Source: Phoronis australis (lineage: Eukaryota > Animalia > Phoronida). From it: a stretch of 47,085 nt of DNA. Both the position numbers and the translations under genes were made by a program. The stretch covers positions 67,328 through 114,412 of the forward strand of contig NMRA01000865.1 in NCBI GenBank assembly GCA_002633005.1, written 5' to 3'. Shown one piece after another: positions 10,225 through 25,169 of the stretch. The notes under the pieces are model-generated. The model searched no databases, was not told the origin of the DNA, and saw only the letters and a program-made list of their open reading frames with translations. Position 1 is the first letter of the stretch. Every line of letters begins with the position of its first letter.

Positions 10225-10722
10225 CTAACTCTATCGATAGACTTACTTATTCTATAGATAGATTTAGTATCTCTATCGATAGACTTATTAAATCTATCGA
10301 TAGACTTACTAACTCTATCGATAGACTTAATAACTCTATCGATAGACTTACTATCTCTATCGATAGACTTAATAACTCTATCGATAGACTTACTAATTCT
10401 ATCGATAGACTTACTAACTCTAGCGATAGACTTACTAACTCTATCGACAAACTTACTAACTCTATCGATAGACTTAGTATCTCTATCGATAGAATTACTA
10501 TCTCTATCGATAGACTTAATAACTCTATCGATAGACTTACTATCTCTATCGATAGACTTAATAACTATATCGGTAGACTTACTAATTCTAGCGATAGACT
10601 TACTAACTCTATCGACAAACTTACTAAATCTATCGATAGACTTAGTATCTCTATCGATAGAATTACTATCTCTATCGATAGACTTAATAACTACATGTAT
10701 ATCGATAGACTTATAACTCTAT
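10225..10722. repeat. 21-bp tandem array (CTCTATCGATAGACTTACTAA), about 23-24 units, each with the palindrome TCTATCGATAGA
   Basis: Directly visible. It produces the heptad ORFs IDRLTNS (+) and SIELVSL (-). Confidence 0.97.
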
Positions 10723-10737
10723 CGGTTTCAAATTAAA

Positions 10738-11180
10738 ATGGAGGACCAAAAGAAGCATATTGTCGATTTATTGAAGCTAGGACTGACCCTAAATGAAATA
10801 ACAGATGCACTCATGCGCCGTTTTGGAGTGTCACTAAGCACAAGGCAATTGCGACGTGTTTTGGCGTCTTACGGACTACCGTGCCGTAAAAGCCTGTCTG
10901 AATTTGATGTAGTGGTTCGTTTTGTTGAAGAACAAGTCGCGGGTTCAGGTCAGATGCACGGTTACAGATTTATGCATCAGAAGTGCGTAACAAATGGTTT
11001 AAATGTACCACGAGAGACAATTCGGCAGTTGTTATCTGTCATTGATCCCTCTGGTGTAGAAGCTACACGTTGTAAACGGCTAGTTCGGAGGAGGTATGGA
11101 GTCCGCGGTCCGAATGTCGTTTGGCACATGGGCTCTAACGACAAGTAAAAGCCATATGGAATTTGTATCCATTTCTGTAT
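10738..11180 (+). pseudogene. Truncated integrase-core (DDE) transposase
   Basis: The usual WHxDGxDKLKPYGxxIHGxID motif reads WHMGSNDK*KPYGICIHFCI, so the first catalytic Asp is lost and there is an in-frame TAA. Similarity ends near 11185. Confidence 0.8.
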
Positions 11181-11569
11181 TCAAGGCAATCCCTTTTCGT
11201 TGTATGGACTCTTCTCTCATGACCAGTTCCTATCACCAGAACATTTTAATTTAATTCTAATCTGTCTATTGTCAGTTACTCATTGCTTATCCCATTCTCC
11301 CTTGAGGTCTTATAATAAATAATTGCTCACGACGAATTCAAATAGTTACTTCCGATGCTACACTGTGTGTTTATACATTCAATTTTCATACCAGATGTGA
11401 ATGTTTGCAGTGAAACGTAAATAGTATTTATTCAATATTTATTTAGAAAAAAATAAAACACTTAAATCCAGTAACTCCATATCACTCAATACAAACAAGT
11501 CTCATAAATTATCAACACTGTCGAACTGGCGCTGCACACAACCTGATTGCACCTGTGATAAATACGCAG

Positions 11570-13270
<1,701 letters not shown>

Positions 13271-13886
13271 CACATCAACAATTCAGCAGTCCGGGCCTCA
13301 ACAGTTGCGAGTCGCCGATTTTACCACTACACCACTCAGCGGCTGACGTCATCGCATGTGAAAATAGAATACTTAAATGAGCACGCGCAACAATCGCATG
13401 TTCAGCAAAGGGCATTGCACCGACATTTATACGCTATGAAAAATAAGACGCATAATTTCCATAAAACGATATTTTAATTCAGTGAAATTTTTCTCTCGTG
13501 TTCTCTCACTTGTAAATCACCGATCTCCAATTTGAATGCAGGTGCCGTGTGGTCGGGATCCTTTCACTTGAGACTTATAGTCAGTTACCATTGGTAACCT
13601 ACTTTAGCAGACGATATATTCCCGGTCGAAGCTTAGCGTGATAAAATGTGTAGTAAACTATAATAATTGCTAAACCTTAATTTATAGATTCACTTTTTTC
13701 TATTTTGTTTTATTTTTCAATTGGTTTTGAGTAAAAGCATTATTTTACAAAAATATCTTGGCTTTTCTTAAAAGGTCACGACCTCCGACCCAGGGCTACT
13801 GACATAGAAAGTAGTTGCAAAGCCGAGGCGAGTCGAGAAAGGTAGATCGATTCATTGCAATGTTTCTTGTTCAGTACGTGGTATAA

Positions 13887-14041
13887 ATAGGTTATTACAT
13901 GTTTTCAGTCGTTATCCCCCTTATCTAGAGCCCTCGTGGATTTTGTAAAGTTATCACCCTCTGGGCTAACGCCCCTCGGGAGATAATTCCACTCGGGCTC
14001 TAAAGAACGGGGGATAACGACTTCGCCATGTAATAATCTAT
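13887..14041. mobile_element. Palindromic element resembling non-autonomous Crypton-type repeats
   Basis: TAGGTTATTACATG..GTCGTTATCCCC..AGAGCCC / GGGCTCT..GGGGATAACGAC..CATGTAATAATCTA around a central CCCTCTGGGCTAACGCCCCTCGGG. No clear TSD. Confidence 0.6.
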
Positions 14042-14067
14042 ACATATTTCTCACGGGAGTTTGCCTT

Positions 14068-14230
14068 TTTTGCGCTCGACTAAAAAGAAAAAACGGGATG
14101 TTTCATGAGTTTGTTGCGGTCCCCGCAATTTCCCTTTCAACTCTAAAACAATAACTACAAAAACGCTTTTGGGAAATTTTTTGGTGTTGCATCCTCCGTT
14201 CGACAAAAAACGCTGTCGGAACGTCTTTGT
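14068..14230 (+). repeat. Dispersed repeat related to about 33455..33590
   Basis: Shared TCGACTAAAAA..AAACG..GTTTCATGAGTTT and CGTTCGACAAAAAA. Confidence 0.65.
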
Positions 14231-15833
14231 GTGTTGCAGTGAACATTTCACCCTTTCATTTTAGCGTAGATCCAGATGTCCCACTTTTTAACCTGAAGTC
14301 GCGCTTTTCAATTCACTTGTTCCGTTTTTTGTTCTTAAATGTTGACCATGACAACTATGCAGCAGGTGTTCAGAATGGTCTCTTTAATGAATATCGTTAT
14401 TGTCCAGAGTCCACTTTCTTTAGTAACAATAATTGTAAAAGTGTGTTTCAATGTCTCTTATTTACGGTAACATATACCGGGTACTACATATATCAGGATC
14501 ATTAACTTTCACAATCTGAAGAAGAGTTTACTTGTAAACTTTTACATAAAGTCATGCACTACAACCAGTGTCATGAGCTATCCACAGTGCATTTCAAAGC
14601 TACGGGAGATAAGTTTGCCCATTTTCTAGCTACCAGAAAACCTTAATCTGCAAATTTCGTATAGGTATTTGAAGTAGTTTATCACATTTTTCGAAAATAT
14701 AGCTGGGTTTTGAATTTTTTACTGAATAATTGTATCGAGCGGCACCAAAAGTCCAATTTATTATAATGTATAAAGATGTATAATTTTGAATGAATGCCTG
14801 ACTAAATTATCTACAGCAAATTCGAGGGATTCATATTCTAAGACCTTTGTCTTTATAGGGTAGAAATTTTTGAATCATTGAAATTATTTCCCTAATGGCT
14901 TAACTAGTCATTTGTATAAATTCTCTGGTTCTTTTCCTTTTTCATTTTACTATTACACGCTGTTGTTTTTCTCATTTTGGTAACACTCTTGGTTTTTAGA
15001 ATAAAAAAGTACTTTTTAACCAGTCATGATAATTACTTATCACTTTAATTATTTATATTTTGCTTCTGGTGCGGTCATCAAGAAATGAAAAGAAAAATGC
15101 TTTCTAATGATATGACTCTTATGTAATACGGTTGAAAAACGGCGGAGTTGGTAAAAGTTTTAAAGACAGTAAATTCCACACCGGAACAAACGAATGCAAA
15201 CAATCGTTCTCACGCACGAGTGGCGCAACGTCAGTGGCCGCGAGATTGGAGTTGGTATTCCAGGGCTAGAGTTCCATGACTCGAACACAAAACAAAAATA
15301 TATTAAACTGTACGTGTTTTTGTATGGTTGAAAGCTAGTTCTCGAGTTAGCTGTGCCTAGTATTTTTACAAGGCCATTGGTCTCTGCACAATGCTGCACA
15401 GAGGTACGTTCCATAACGAGTTTCTTGTGAGTTGATGAGACCACATGACATCACCAGAAATGCGCTTCCCGAGTAAACTTGCGATCTCACCTAAACGTCC
15501 ACTCGCCAAATAGCCGCCTGAAATTGATCAGCGAGGCTGGAGTTTGAGTTATGGAAGAAAACTTAAAATAGCGGCACTATTATATTTTAGCACCCCACAG
15601 TGCTGCGAACAGAGTTAGTACTGAGAGAGAGTAGACACTACATCCATTCAAGCCGCCAAGATTTATCGCTGCAAGCGTTTTGCCGATGCTACGGAACGTG
15701 TGTTTTCAACTTAGGATCCTTTATCACCGTGCGCATGGTCGTTTCATTAAAAGCCCAGTTTGAGGGAAACGACACTCTTTAAATGTGAAATCCACTTGTT
15801 TAATTGTCATTTGTACATGTTTTGTCTTTACAG

Positions 15834-15984
15834 TGTTGACTGCGTTGAATTGGGGAATGGCGGGACACTCTACCGTGGCAGATGTAATACTGTGCAAAAG
15901 ATTTTTGATGGTCTTTACATGGAGGATTCCAAAATGAAGACCGTAAAAGTGAAAGTAACTGTTTGCGACTGTGAACCAGTTTAA
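15834..15984 (+). CDS. Exon 3 (last) of copy B: second half of the cystine knot
   Basis: Acceptor ttttgtctttacag|T, phase 2, matches the 8430 donor (AG+T = Ser). Encodes VDCVELGNGGTLYRGRCNTVQKIFDGLYMEDSKMKTVKVKVTVCDCEPV*, with the terminal CxC typical of cystine knots. Total CDS 21+422+151 = 594 nt. Confidence 0.8.
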
Positions 15985-18900
15985 GACGGATAAGACTGCA
16001 GAAAACAGGGGCGAATAGATATGATTTGACAATGGCAAAGGACTTGACCTTCCTCCGTCAAAACTGTTGATACTGCTGAGGGTATATCGATGAAACCAAG
16101 AAACAATTTATCATCGGAATTAAGTTATTATATGAAAACACAAGTGACTGAGACATTTATTCATTTATACCTGAATGATGCAATTGATGAAATTTGGACT
16201 CACAAACTGTAGATTTTAAAAACGTTTTAAAAAATCCTTAAATAAATGAAATTAAACTCATTGCTTGGAAAGGTTGTCTTTGCACTTCCATGGTGTTTTT
16301 AAAATCCAATAGTTTTGAGTTTTGTTCTTCAAAACTGAATTGATTGCTTGCCCTGATTTGCGTGCACGTCATGACTGACGTACCCACGTTAAAAATAAGA
16401 TGTAACCATGCAGTAGGCTCGCACAGAATCTCAGTGATCCACGGGAGCTGAATTTGAACTCCAGGCGTTCACGAAGTGTGTACATTTTTGGAACACAGTA
16501 TCCTTTTCCCCAGCCACCAGAAACTGGACGACTAGTCGTGTTTCAGCTAGGGATTTTGAAACAGACCCAAAAGGCATTATACCATGGACTTCGGTACCTC
16601 ACCTTCTCAAAAAACTCCTTTAAAGAATAACCACAATGAAATAAAGTTTTCCCGAAACTGGATCACAATAAAACGAATCATGGCATTAGAGCGAGCGCAG
16701 ATTGCCTCTCAAGTGAATCACAGGTGAGCTGACCAGCAACTAGCTTTAGTTCATCGGGAATTTCGTATTTTCACACTGTTATATTTCGGCTAGAGCTACT
16801 TTTGAGACAGCTCCTCGCTACCGGTCTGTGCACTGGTTCTAAACCCAAACTTTCTCTCCATGTTGCCTGGTTACTCAACTTTTGATGGCTGCATCCCCGG
16901 GATTGTTCCAGGGACGAATCCAGGATTTTGAGTTGGGGTTGGGGCCAGGGCATATTATTAGCCAGGGTGATGAGTTATTTGGTGAAGTCGAAATGGTTTG
17001 TGCACCCCAATAATTTTTGCCTTCCTGCGGGCCTGCTTCATAGCCTCCTTTGCCCCTTAGTGCCCGGTTAAATGAAACAGTCACAAATAGGGACTCAACC
17101 AAGTTTCCTAAATCTAATGCATATTTTTGGACTTGTGAAAACATTTACTGTTTTGGAACAGTAATGAATCGCTGTTTTTTCATACGCCCAGAAATAACTT
17201 TATAAGAAGAAGTGCAAGAATTACGCAAAAGTCATAACGCCGATCCATTGAGTTTGGTGATGTAAAGGGGGTTGTCAGGTCACCGTCAACACTAGCCAGG
17301 CTTTGGCGAACCGATGAAAGATTGCCGGATCATCGTGTTACTCGGCATGAGGGATAGAACTCTCGATCAGCTGGATCGACCAAGTATTGCTCGATACTGT
17401 GACTAAGGCGTAAGGGAAAACTTTCAGTAGATCCTCCACGCTAATTCCTTATCTCTGTGATTGTTTGGTCAAATTAGTTAGAAACACAACACATAACTAA
17501 ATGTGAACATGAAGTAGGTTCAACATTGCCACATGTTTTTAAACGAGCATGCCACCCAAAAAACAACCTAATTTGTATCAATTTACATGTAGATCGAGTA
17601 GTTCTACTCCATAAGGGCACGTACAGTTGCGTTACCTGACACCTGACGGCAGACGGAGGTGTTGAAATTATCCAATGACGTAATTGGTTTCACACGCAGT
17701 CTGTTCAGCAGTTCACAACACGGGTTACTGGTGTCAGCTTATTGCTTGAATTAATCGTTTAACACCAATGAATCGTCAAACTTCGATGTAAAACCCTTAA
17801 AAATACACCGAGTTCTTATAAAAACGTGTTATTTTATTTCGCTCTTACGGATTTATTGGTGTTTGGACACAGCATAGACTACAAAGTTCGGCAGGCTAAT
17901 AAGGTCCGTAGCAGGAGTATGGGGTCTGTTCGGAGATAAATTCTAAGTATTTTCCTTAAGATACAGACTGGAGAACCTAGATCTGTGTTGTTTAGGCTTG
18001 TTATTATTTGAGTTCTGAACACACAAAACGATTGTTATCCCGGCCAGTGGCTCAGAAGCCGATCCGTCAGACATCACGGACATAAATCATCCAAAGTTGG
18101 AAACTAAATTTCCAATCAAGAAATACTAGTGAGCCAAAGAAGTAAAGTGCACGTGAGTAGTTGGTGAATTAGCCATGAAACTGCAAATCTACTTACTCGT
18201 CGGGGGTCGCGAAGTCAGGTTCCGCTTTGCCTCAGAACCGTCACGGGTACATTGACGATCATTATTTGAATAATGTAAAATAATGTAAATAAAGATTTCC
18301 CTAACGCCTGGCCGTGGGATAGAAATCGAGTTGTTTCACAACAGTTTCTGTCAGCAAACACTGAATTAGCATGAGCTCGTCACGGCCTCGGTGTCTCGTC
18401 AATTAGTTTTATTACACATAAAGCCGTTAACACAGTGATTTATTCATTGCTGGCTTCTCAAATCATTTGCACTCACAAACACTCCAAAGGCGTTCCAAAT
18501 TGTATCTAATGAGGCAGACTTTGTTTCAGTTTCATATAAGTATTGGTATAACGGTGAGAATAATTCATTTTGAAACAGAACGCTCAGTACTAAACGTCAA
18601 CACCAGACGGCAACTCGCAATCCCGCCCTTAGACGAGCTCATCCCAACGAAGACTTCGCAGGTGGATCGTTAAGTTTCACAGGCTATCAGTTCGAACAGG
18701 AATAAAGTGATGAAGTAATACTAGAGAGGCGCCGTGAACAAGCTCAGACAACGGAACGTATGGATAGTTATTTGGTAAGCCGGCATTCGTCAGGCACTGT
18801 TCCGCGACGACTGCAGGCCACAGACACGGAGATGTTTCACGGCCTCATACTTGCTATTTACAGCGTACTTTTAATTTTTCACTACAGCGAGCCACTTCCT

Positions 18901-19909
18901 AAGCATTTCGGACTCTCGAGGAAGTCGAAAAAAACGATATACCTGCTTTCCTCGCAGTTACATAGTTCGGACAAGCGGGAACGATGCACCGCAACATAGC
19001 GGCATTAACTCTGCAAATGAACCACTGACGTCGCTGCGTCGTTTCTCACCTTCTTCACAGGTTAACGCGACACCTCTCGGCAAGGTAAGGTCGACAGCAT
19101 GCAAGGCGATGTGGATATAGACCGATTAAGACGGCACAAAAGACTAATTAAATCGGGTGGCATTCTCCTTTAAGATCAATTTTCGCGTCAAAAATGATCC
19201 GCCGTGAACCATTTAACTGTGTATAGTAAGTATCATAACGTTGTGTTGGAAAATAACATTACATGGTGACTTATTGACTAATGTTTTAATGTTATTCTTT
19301 GTGAACGATGTATAATGTATTGTTTTATGTGACATTTAATTATCATGCTAGAGCAAAATAAAAAAAGATTTCAAAAAATGCATGGTGCGAGCTATGTGAG
19401 CCCCAAGGTAAGTCATTAGTGCAAAGGTCACCCAGCGTAGATGATGTAAATGCTATATTTTAGCATAGTCAGAAGCATCCAAATACATCTTTAATACCGA
19501 TTGTGTAACGTTACAACGTGTTAAGTCAAAACACGGGTTCAGATCTTTAAAACAAGAATTCTCGAAATAATTTTTTTCAGATTTATCGCAATCCCGATTA
19601 GCATCATTAACGTCAGTATGACTAACAGCTAACCGTCACCAGAGCAGAGATAACGTCACCGTCTTCGACTTAGCTATCGCTGGCCAAACGATTGAATGTT
19701 GCGCACGTGAATTACGAGCGTAAATTAATTGTTGTTAATAGCATAAAATAAGTTTTAAATTAAAATTTAGCGGTGAAAATTTATCGATGGCCAAACAGAT
19801 GAAGGTTACGTATTTAAGTTACGTGCGTAAATTAATTCTTAATGGCGTTAATAATAAATATAAGAATTTAAAGTGCTTAAAATCACCAATTAAATATCTA
19901 AAACATCCT

Positions 19910-20325
19910 AGCGCTGTGGTTGTATGGCGTAGAGGCGAGTCCCCTGGGTGGTGGACTGGGGAAGCCTTAAGTTTCCAGAAGGGGGTTGTACCGAATATTA
20001 CGGAATAAGGTGCTGTGAACCAACTCATCCTAGGAGAATGGAAAACTCTGATTCCAAAGCCGGGTAGATTGAGCTCGTTAACCTTGGAAGGCAGTTTGTC
20101 TAGAAAAATCTGATTCCAAACACGGGTAGACATAACTCGTTAGCTTTGACAGGCAGTTTGTCTAGGAAAAGGAAAACTCTGATTTAAAACCAGAGACAGA
20201 GGATGCTCCTATGAACGGGCAGCAGATTCCCTACGAGAGGGAAACTCGGATACAAAAACCAACGGATACACTGGGCACCTGTGGAGCGTAACGGCAGTGC
20301 AACGCACATACGTCATCATGATGGT
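19910..20325 (+). mobile_element. RTE-clade-derived non-autonomous retroelement (5'-UTR motif repeats plus a short tail)
   Basis: Three to four copies, about 60 bp apart, of GGCAG..TCTAGGARAAGGAAAACTCTGATTYAAAC, a motif I associate with RTE 5' UTRs. Ends CATCATGATG. Confidence 0.6.
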
Positions 20326-20391
20326 CAATATAATTTGACCATTTGGCGAACGAGAAAAAGAAGAAGATATCAAAAAACAACAAAAAAAAAA

Positions 20392-23377
20392 CTCCAGCAG
20401 TCGATCAGCTGTGAAGTTAGAACAACGGCAAACATTATCTGGCCCAAATATTAATCAGCTGATCTCAAATTACCAGCATTTATAGGTCGAAACATACTAT
20501 GTAAAATCGGGACAACCAATCACAGCACTAGTCATTCTCCATTTTCTCACATGACATGGAATGTGTTACGACACGACTGGTTGATAACACCGAGTACGTA
20601 TTTTTTATATTACATGGGAAAATCACAAAGTAGTGCAAAGTAGAAATCCATACGCCTCACATTTTGTTGTCTGCAAAACACTAAAACAACCAAACGCGCG
20701 CCAACCAAATAATGCTGGAATTCCGAGGTGACAAGGTCATCATTGACAAATCCGTTGTCGTAACTATACGTACTCTCAGTCGAAAAGATATGCAAATAAC
20801 TTTTTAAACCGACCCATCTTCGGTGGCGAATTCTATATCCACTTTCATTCAAACGGAGACGAGCCCTCAACTCAAGAAACGCGGCAGGCTGTCTAGCTGT
20901 GCTGACTCAAGGTCATTCATTGCTCAAGCGCGGGATTTAAATATTTTTTAAGTTTTAATGTTAAAACTTCAAAGACTATTTATTACATTTTAACTTGAAT
21001 ATTTACTACCAAAGCTGAATGCAATTTACAATTGTTAAGCTTAGAATAAACCTACTGACAAAAAATTAACTGAATTGCGTGCGTGTTTTTACAAAAGTTG
21101 CGTTTTGTGGTCGAATGGTTTAGACACGTAGTTTTTCAGCATGTGAGAAAGCAAATCCTACACTCGTCTCGGCAAGCCTCGGGATTTTTACGAAATTTCC
21201 GAGAGGTTTTGCCCATGTCATCAACCTGAGTCTCGTGTAGGATTCTCTATAATATTTAGTGTGAAAAGTCGTAAACTATTGCTGCTCGTTTTCCCGTGCT
21301 CACACTCATGTCCGTGGAGCTGAGAAACTTTTCATGCATTTTATGGTTGTTAGGATATTGAATTCACAATTGTAATAAACAGTCCTTTAAAAGAAGATTT
21401 ATGTGATGCGGAATATGTAGACACTTGTCAAAACAAGGTAAATTGCGGTTTTAAGCACTTGAAATAATCAAAGAAATATATGTACGCCCAAAACAATCAA
21501 TTTACACCGTTAAGAACTACTTTACGCCGCGAATAATTAATCAAACGTCAATTTGCAGTTTAAAAGTTACTTTGCGCCGTTAACAATAATTAATTTACTC
21601 TCGTAATTTACGTTCGTAACGTTCACCCATTTCGCCATCGATACATACAGGCCGCATAACCGTTTTATATTAATGGTCCAATAACTCATGATCCTGCTGC
21701 AGCTTGGGCGGTAGAAAAACGTCAACGGTCCTTTACCGTTCAGACCGCACAGTCTTGAGCAAATCGCGTTTCCTTGCTCTGAAAAAACACCGACGAACAC
21801 GTTCACATTTTTGGAGAAAAGTAGATCTAAACCCAACAAAAACTTCGGTCAATTGAGATAGACTTCTCTTATCAATATTGTCAATAGTGCACAGCCTCAC
21901 ACATTTTATACGAGCGAGCAACTAACCTGTTGGAAAAGATTTCCAATGTTAGGTGTCACAATTCCGAAGGTTCGATACTCTGAAGGTCCATTACTCCAAA
22001 GATTTGCCACCTTCGAAAGTTCACTACTTCGAATGTCCACAATTCCAAAACCAGAACTCGGACAGTTATTTTCTTCTTAAATATAAGCATAGCTCCAGCA
22101 GTCGATCAGCTGTGAAGTTAGAACACCTACAAACACTATCTGGCGAAATATTAATCAACTGATCTCAAATTACCAGCATTTATACGGGTCGAAACATACT
22201 ATGTAAAATCGGGACAACCAATCACAGCTTTAGTCATTCTCCATTTTCTCAAAGTAGTGCAAAGTAGAAATCCATTCGCCTTACATCTTGTCGCCGGCAA
22301 AACACTAAAACAATCGAACGCGCGCCAACCAAACAATGCCGGAATTCCGAGGGGACAAGGTCATGATTGACAAATCGGTTGCCGTAAATATACGTACTCC
22401 CAGTCGAAAAGACATGCAAATAACTTTTTAAACGGACCCATCTTCGGTGGCGAATTCTATATCAACTTTCATTCAAACGGAGACGATCCCTCAACTCAAG
22501 AAACGTGGCGAGACTGTCTAGCTGTGCTGACTCAAGGTCAATTCATTGCTCAAACTCGGGATGCCTTGCTGACTGTTATTTGCTGACTGTTAAAATAAAC
22601 CTATTAACAAAAAGTTAACTGAATTGCGTGCGTGTTTTTACAAAAGGTGCGTCTTTTGGTCGAATGATTTAGACACGTAGTTTATCAGCAAAAAAGACCA
22701 TTTGCCGTTCATGTGAGAAAACAAATCCTACGCTCGTCTCGGCAAGCCTCGGGATTTTGACGAAATTTCCGAGAGGTTTTGCCCATGTCATGAACCTGAG
22801 ACTCGTGTAGGATTCTCTATGATGTTTAGTGTGAAAAGTCGTTAAATATTGCTGCTCGTTTTCCCGTGGTCACACTCATGTCCGTGGAGCTGAGAAACTT
22901 TCAACTGAAATCCCTTTTCCTGCATTTTCTGGTTGTTAGAATATTGAATTCACAATTGTAATAAATAGTCTTTAAAAGAAAATTCATGTGATGCGGACAA
23001 TGCAGACACTTGTCAAAACAAGGTAAATTGCGGTTTTAAGCACCTTAAATAATTAAAGAAATTTTTGTACGCCCCAAACAATCAATCTACACCGTTAAAA
23101 TCTACTTTACGCCGTTAATGATTAATTTAATTTACGCTATGAATAATTAATTAAACGTCAATTTGCAGTTTAAAAGTTACTTTACGCCGTTAACAATAAT
23201 TAATTTACTTTCATAATTTACGTGCGTAACGTTCACCCATTTCGCCATCTATACATACAGTACAGGCCGCATAAACGTTTTATATTATGGTCCAATAACG
23301 CATGATCCTGCTGCAGGTTGAGCGGTAGAAAAACGTCAAAGGTCCTTTACCGTTCATACGGCACAGTCTTGAGCAAA
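20392..23377 (+). repeat. Local direct duplication: 20392..21763 and 22093..23377, separated by a ~330-bp spacer
   Basis: Both copies start CTCCAGCAGTCGATCAGCTGTGAAGTTAGAACA and end GCACAGTCTTGAGCAAA. High identity by eye with several indels. Confidence 0.95.
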
Positions 23378-25169
23378 CCAGAGCATTTCTCCCATGAGGC
23401 TGACAGCCATATTTGAAATGTTTTACGCGAGGAAAGGTTTTGCAATTTGACTGTAAAGTATGGCTAGGAGTGCCACAAACGATAGTCAGCCATTCTATAG
23501 TACATGCATGATGTCGTCTCAGTCGGGCTGCTTAGTGTTTCCACCTCAGTCTTGTAGTTTTATTGGGCCTCTCAGTGTTCATTACTATACTTGGTCACGC
23601 TTTGGACACTGGACAGAGCTTAACAGTGTGCGTCTCCTCCATTCAAGTTCGTGTTAATTGGCCAGGATTTTGTATCACATACGTGTCGATCACTGACTGC
23701 CTACGTGTGATAGTCCAGTGGCAGCCATGAAAGAAGACAACAAGAGCCCAGTCTACTCTCTAAGCTATGCCCAGCCTTGCCCACGAACCCCTAACATTTC
23801 GGTCCCATTCTTAACTGAATTCCCCCAGTACCGGCAAACGACTGCTCTGTTGTAAGTATAATGAACGTCTTAAATCACAAGCTGTGAGACTAGTTACACT
23901 CCTCAATCATAGACATTGACTTCTTGTAAATGTAATTGATGACCATTAATGTATATTTTATTTAATAGACGTGACCGCTTAACACCGAAAAACGGCCGCA
24001 CGACGGTGGCGTTATTTAGATCGTGCTCCGGGAGGGGAGGGGTCCCCAGCCGCAAAGTGAAGTTGCATTATGATAGAATTACATCTCACGCCTTCCGTGA
24101 CAGAAACCAAGTTTTGATTTTGGTCTCTAGTTGTTCCTTAGTCAAAACAGATGCAAGAGTTTGGGGCTTGAAAAGAACTAATACTTCGTTTTTGTTTGAG
24201 CAGGAGCAGATCCAGGATTTTAAAAGGGGGTCAAAGTCAACAACTTGAAAATTCTAGATTTGATATCATTAAAATCAAGGGAAAAGGGGGGATCCGGACC
24301 CCCTTGATCCCCCTGTTGCATAGTCGTAGGCCTACTTATTTTTTATTTCTTTCTTAGTATGGCCTGTTATAGTGACATGCTCTGCGAAGTGAAGTATTGC
24401 TTATCTGTAGCTGTTTCTCAGAAAACAAGATTGGGATGCAAAAAAGTTTAACGCAAAAATTATTTTTGGATTTTTATTATGTAGGGAGAACCCTATGAAT
24501 ATTATCATGGGATTCTTCTGACAAAACCATTGATCATTTTGTCATTTTTGAACCATCAGGTGTACTGCTATAGTTGTATCGTTTCCATCACATCTGCGGG
24601 CCTGGAGTTTTCTACAGACCTCTGCCTATCCACAGACATGACCAGTTGAGTTTGATAAGGGGAACTTTTTCGCAGTTACATCCAAACCACACATTTGAGG
24701 AAACATGCGTGCCTCGAGCTGAACAGTAATAGATCCACATCTTGAGTTCGCTCAAGAGTAGAACCAAAGTATCAAAAAAAAAATTAAAGTTGGATTTTGT
24801 TAAGAAAGATTATTAGACTTCGGGCCTAGAAAAGTGTTTTCTTCATCTCTGTGTCGGCTCAGCCAGATTCGCCTATCTGCCCCACATTGATTGCCGTAGC
24901 TTATTCAGCGGCGGATCTACGTTTTCAGTAAGGGGGGGTTAGGATTCCCGCAAAGGTCGAATCCGAGGCCCGTGGCGCCGAGCGGGGGGAGGTCGAGAGG
25001 GGGGATTTTCCTCCACCCGTGTAAGAAATTTTTTGTTTTTGTAGCCAAACAGTGAAATTTCCATGCATCCTGGTAAGTTTCTGGCACTTAACATGTCTCT
25101 GGAGTTTTTCTTAAGATAATTTAAAACCTTTCTCGATTTCGTCATATGAACTTGTCTGATAACTTACGT

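Larger units (their letters stand above)
10181..11185 (+). mobile_element. 5' part of an IS3EU-like DNA transposon: terminus, 21-bp array, truncated integrase-type transposase
   Basis: Starts TACGGTGGC, which resembles IS3EU-type ends as I recall them. Tandem array 10225..10722. ORF 10738..11148 has an HTH-like N-terminus, GQMHGYRFMH, DPSGV, RLVRRRY..GPNVVWH, then a premature stop followed by KPYGICIHFCI. Confidence 0.75.

Noticed and set aside
10225-10722. Palindromic repeat array resembling CRISPR
   Set aside because: The units are contiguous with no unique spacers, there are no cas genes, and the context is a eukaryotic TE.
14227-14505. 92-aa ORF (DPDVPLFNL...YRYC) faintly like a LINE ORF2 N-terminus or an extra exon of copy B
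   Set aside because: No endonuclease motifs follow, the start is non-ATG, and exons 2 and 3 already join in frame.
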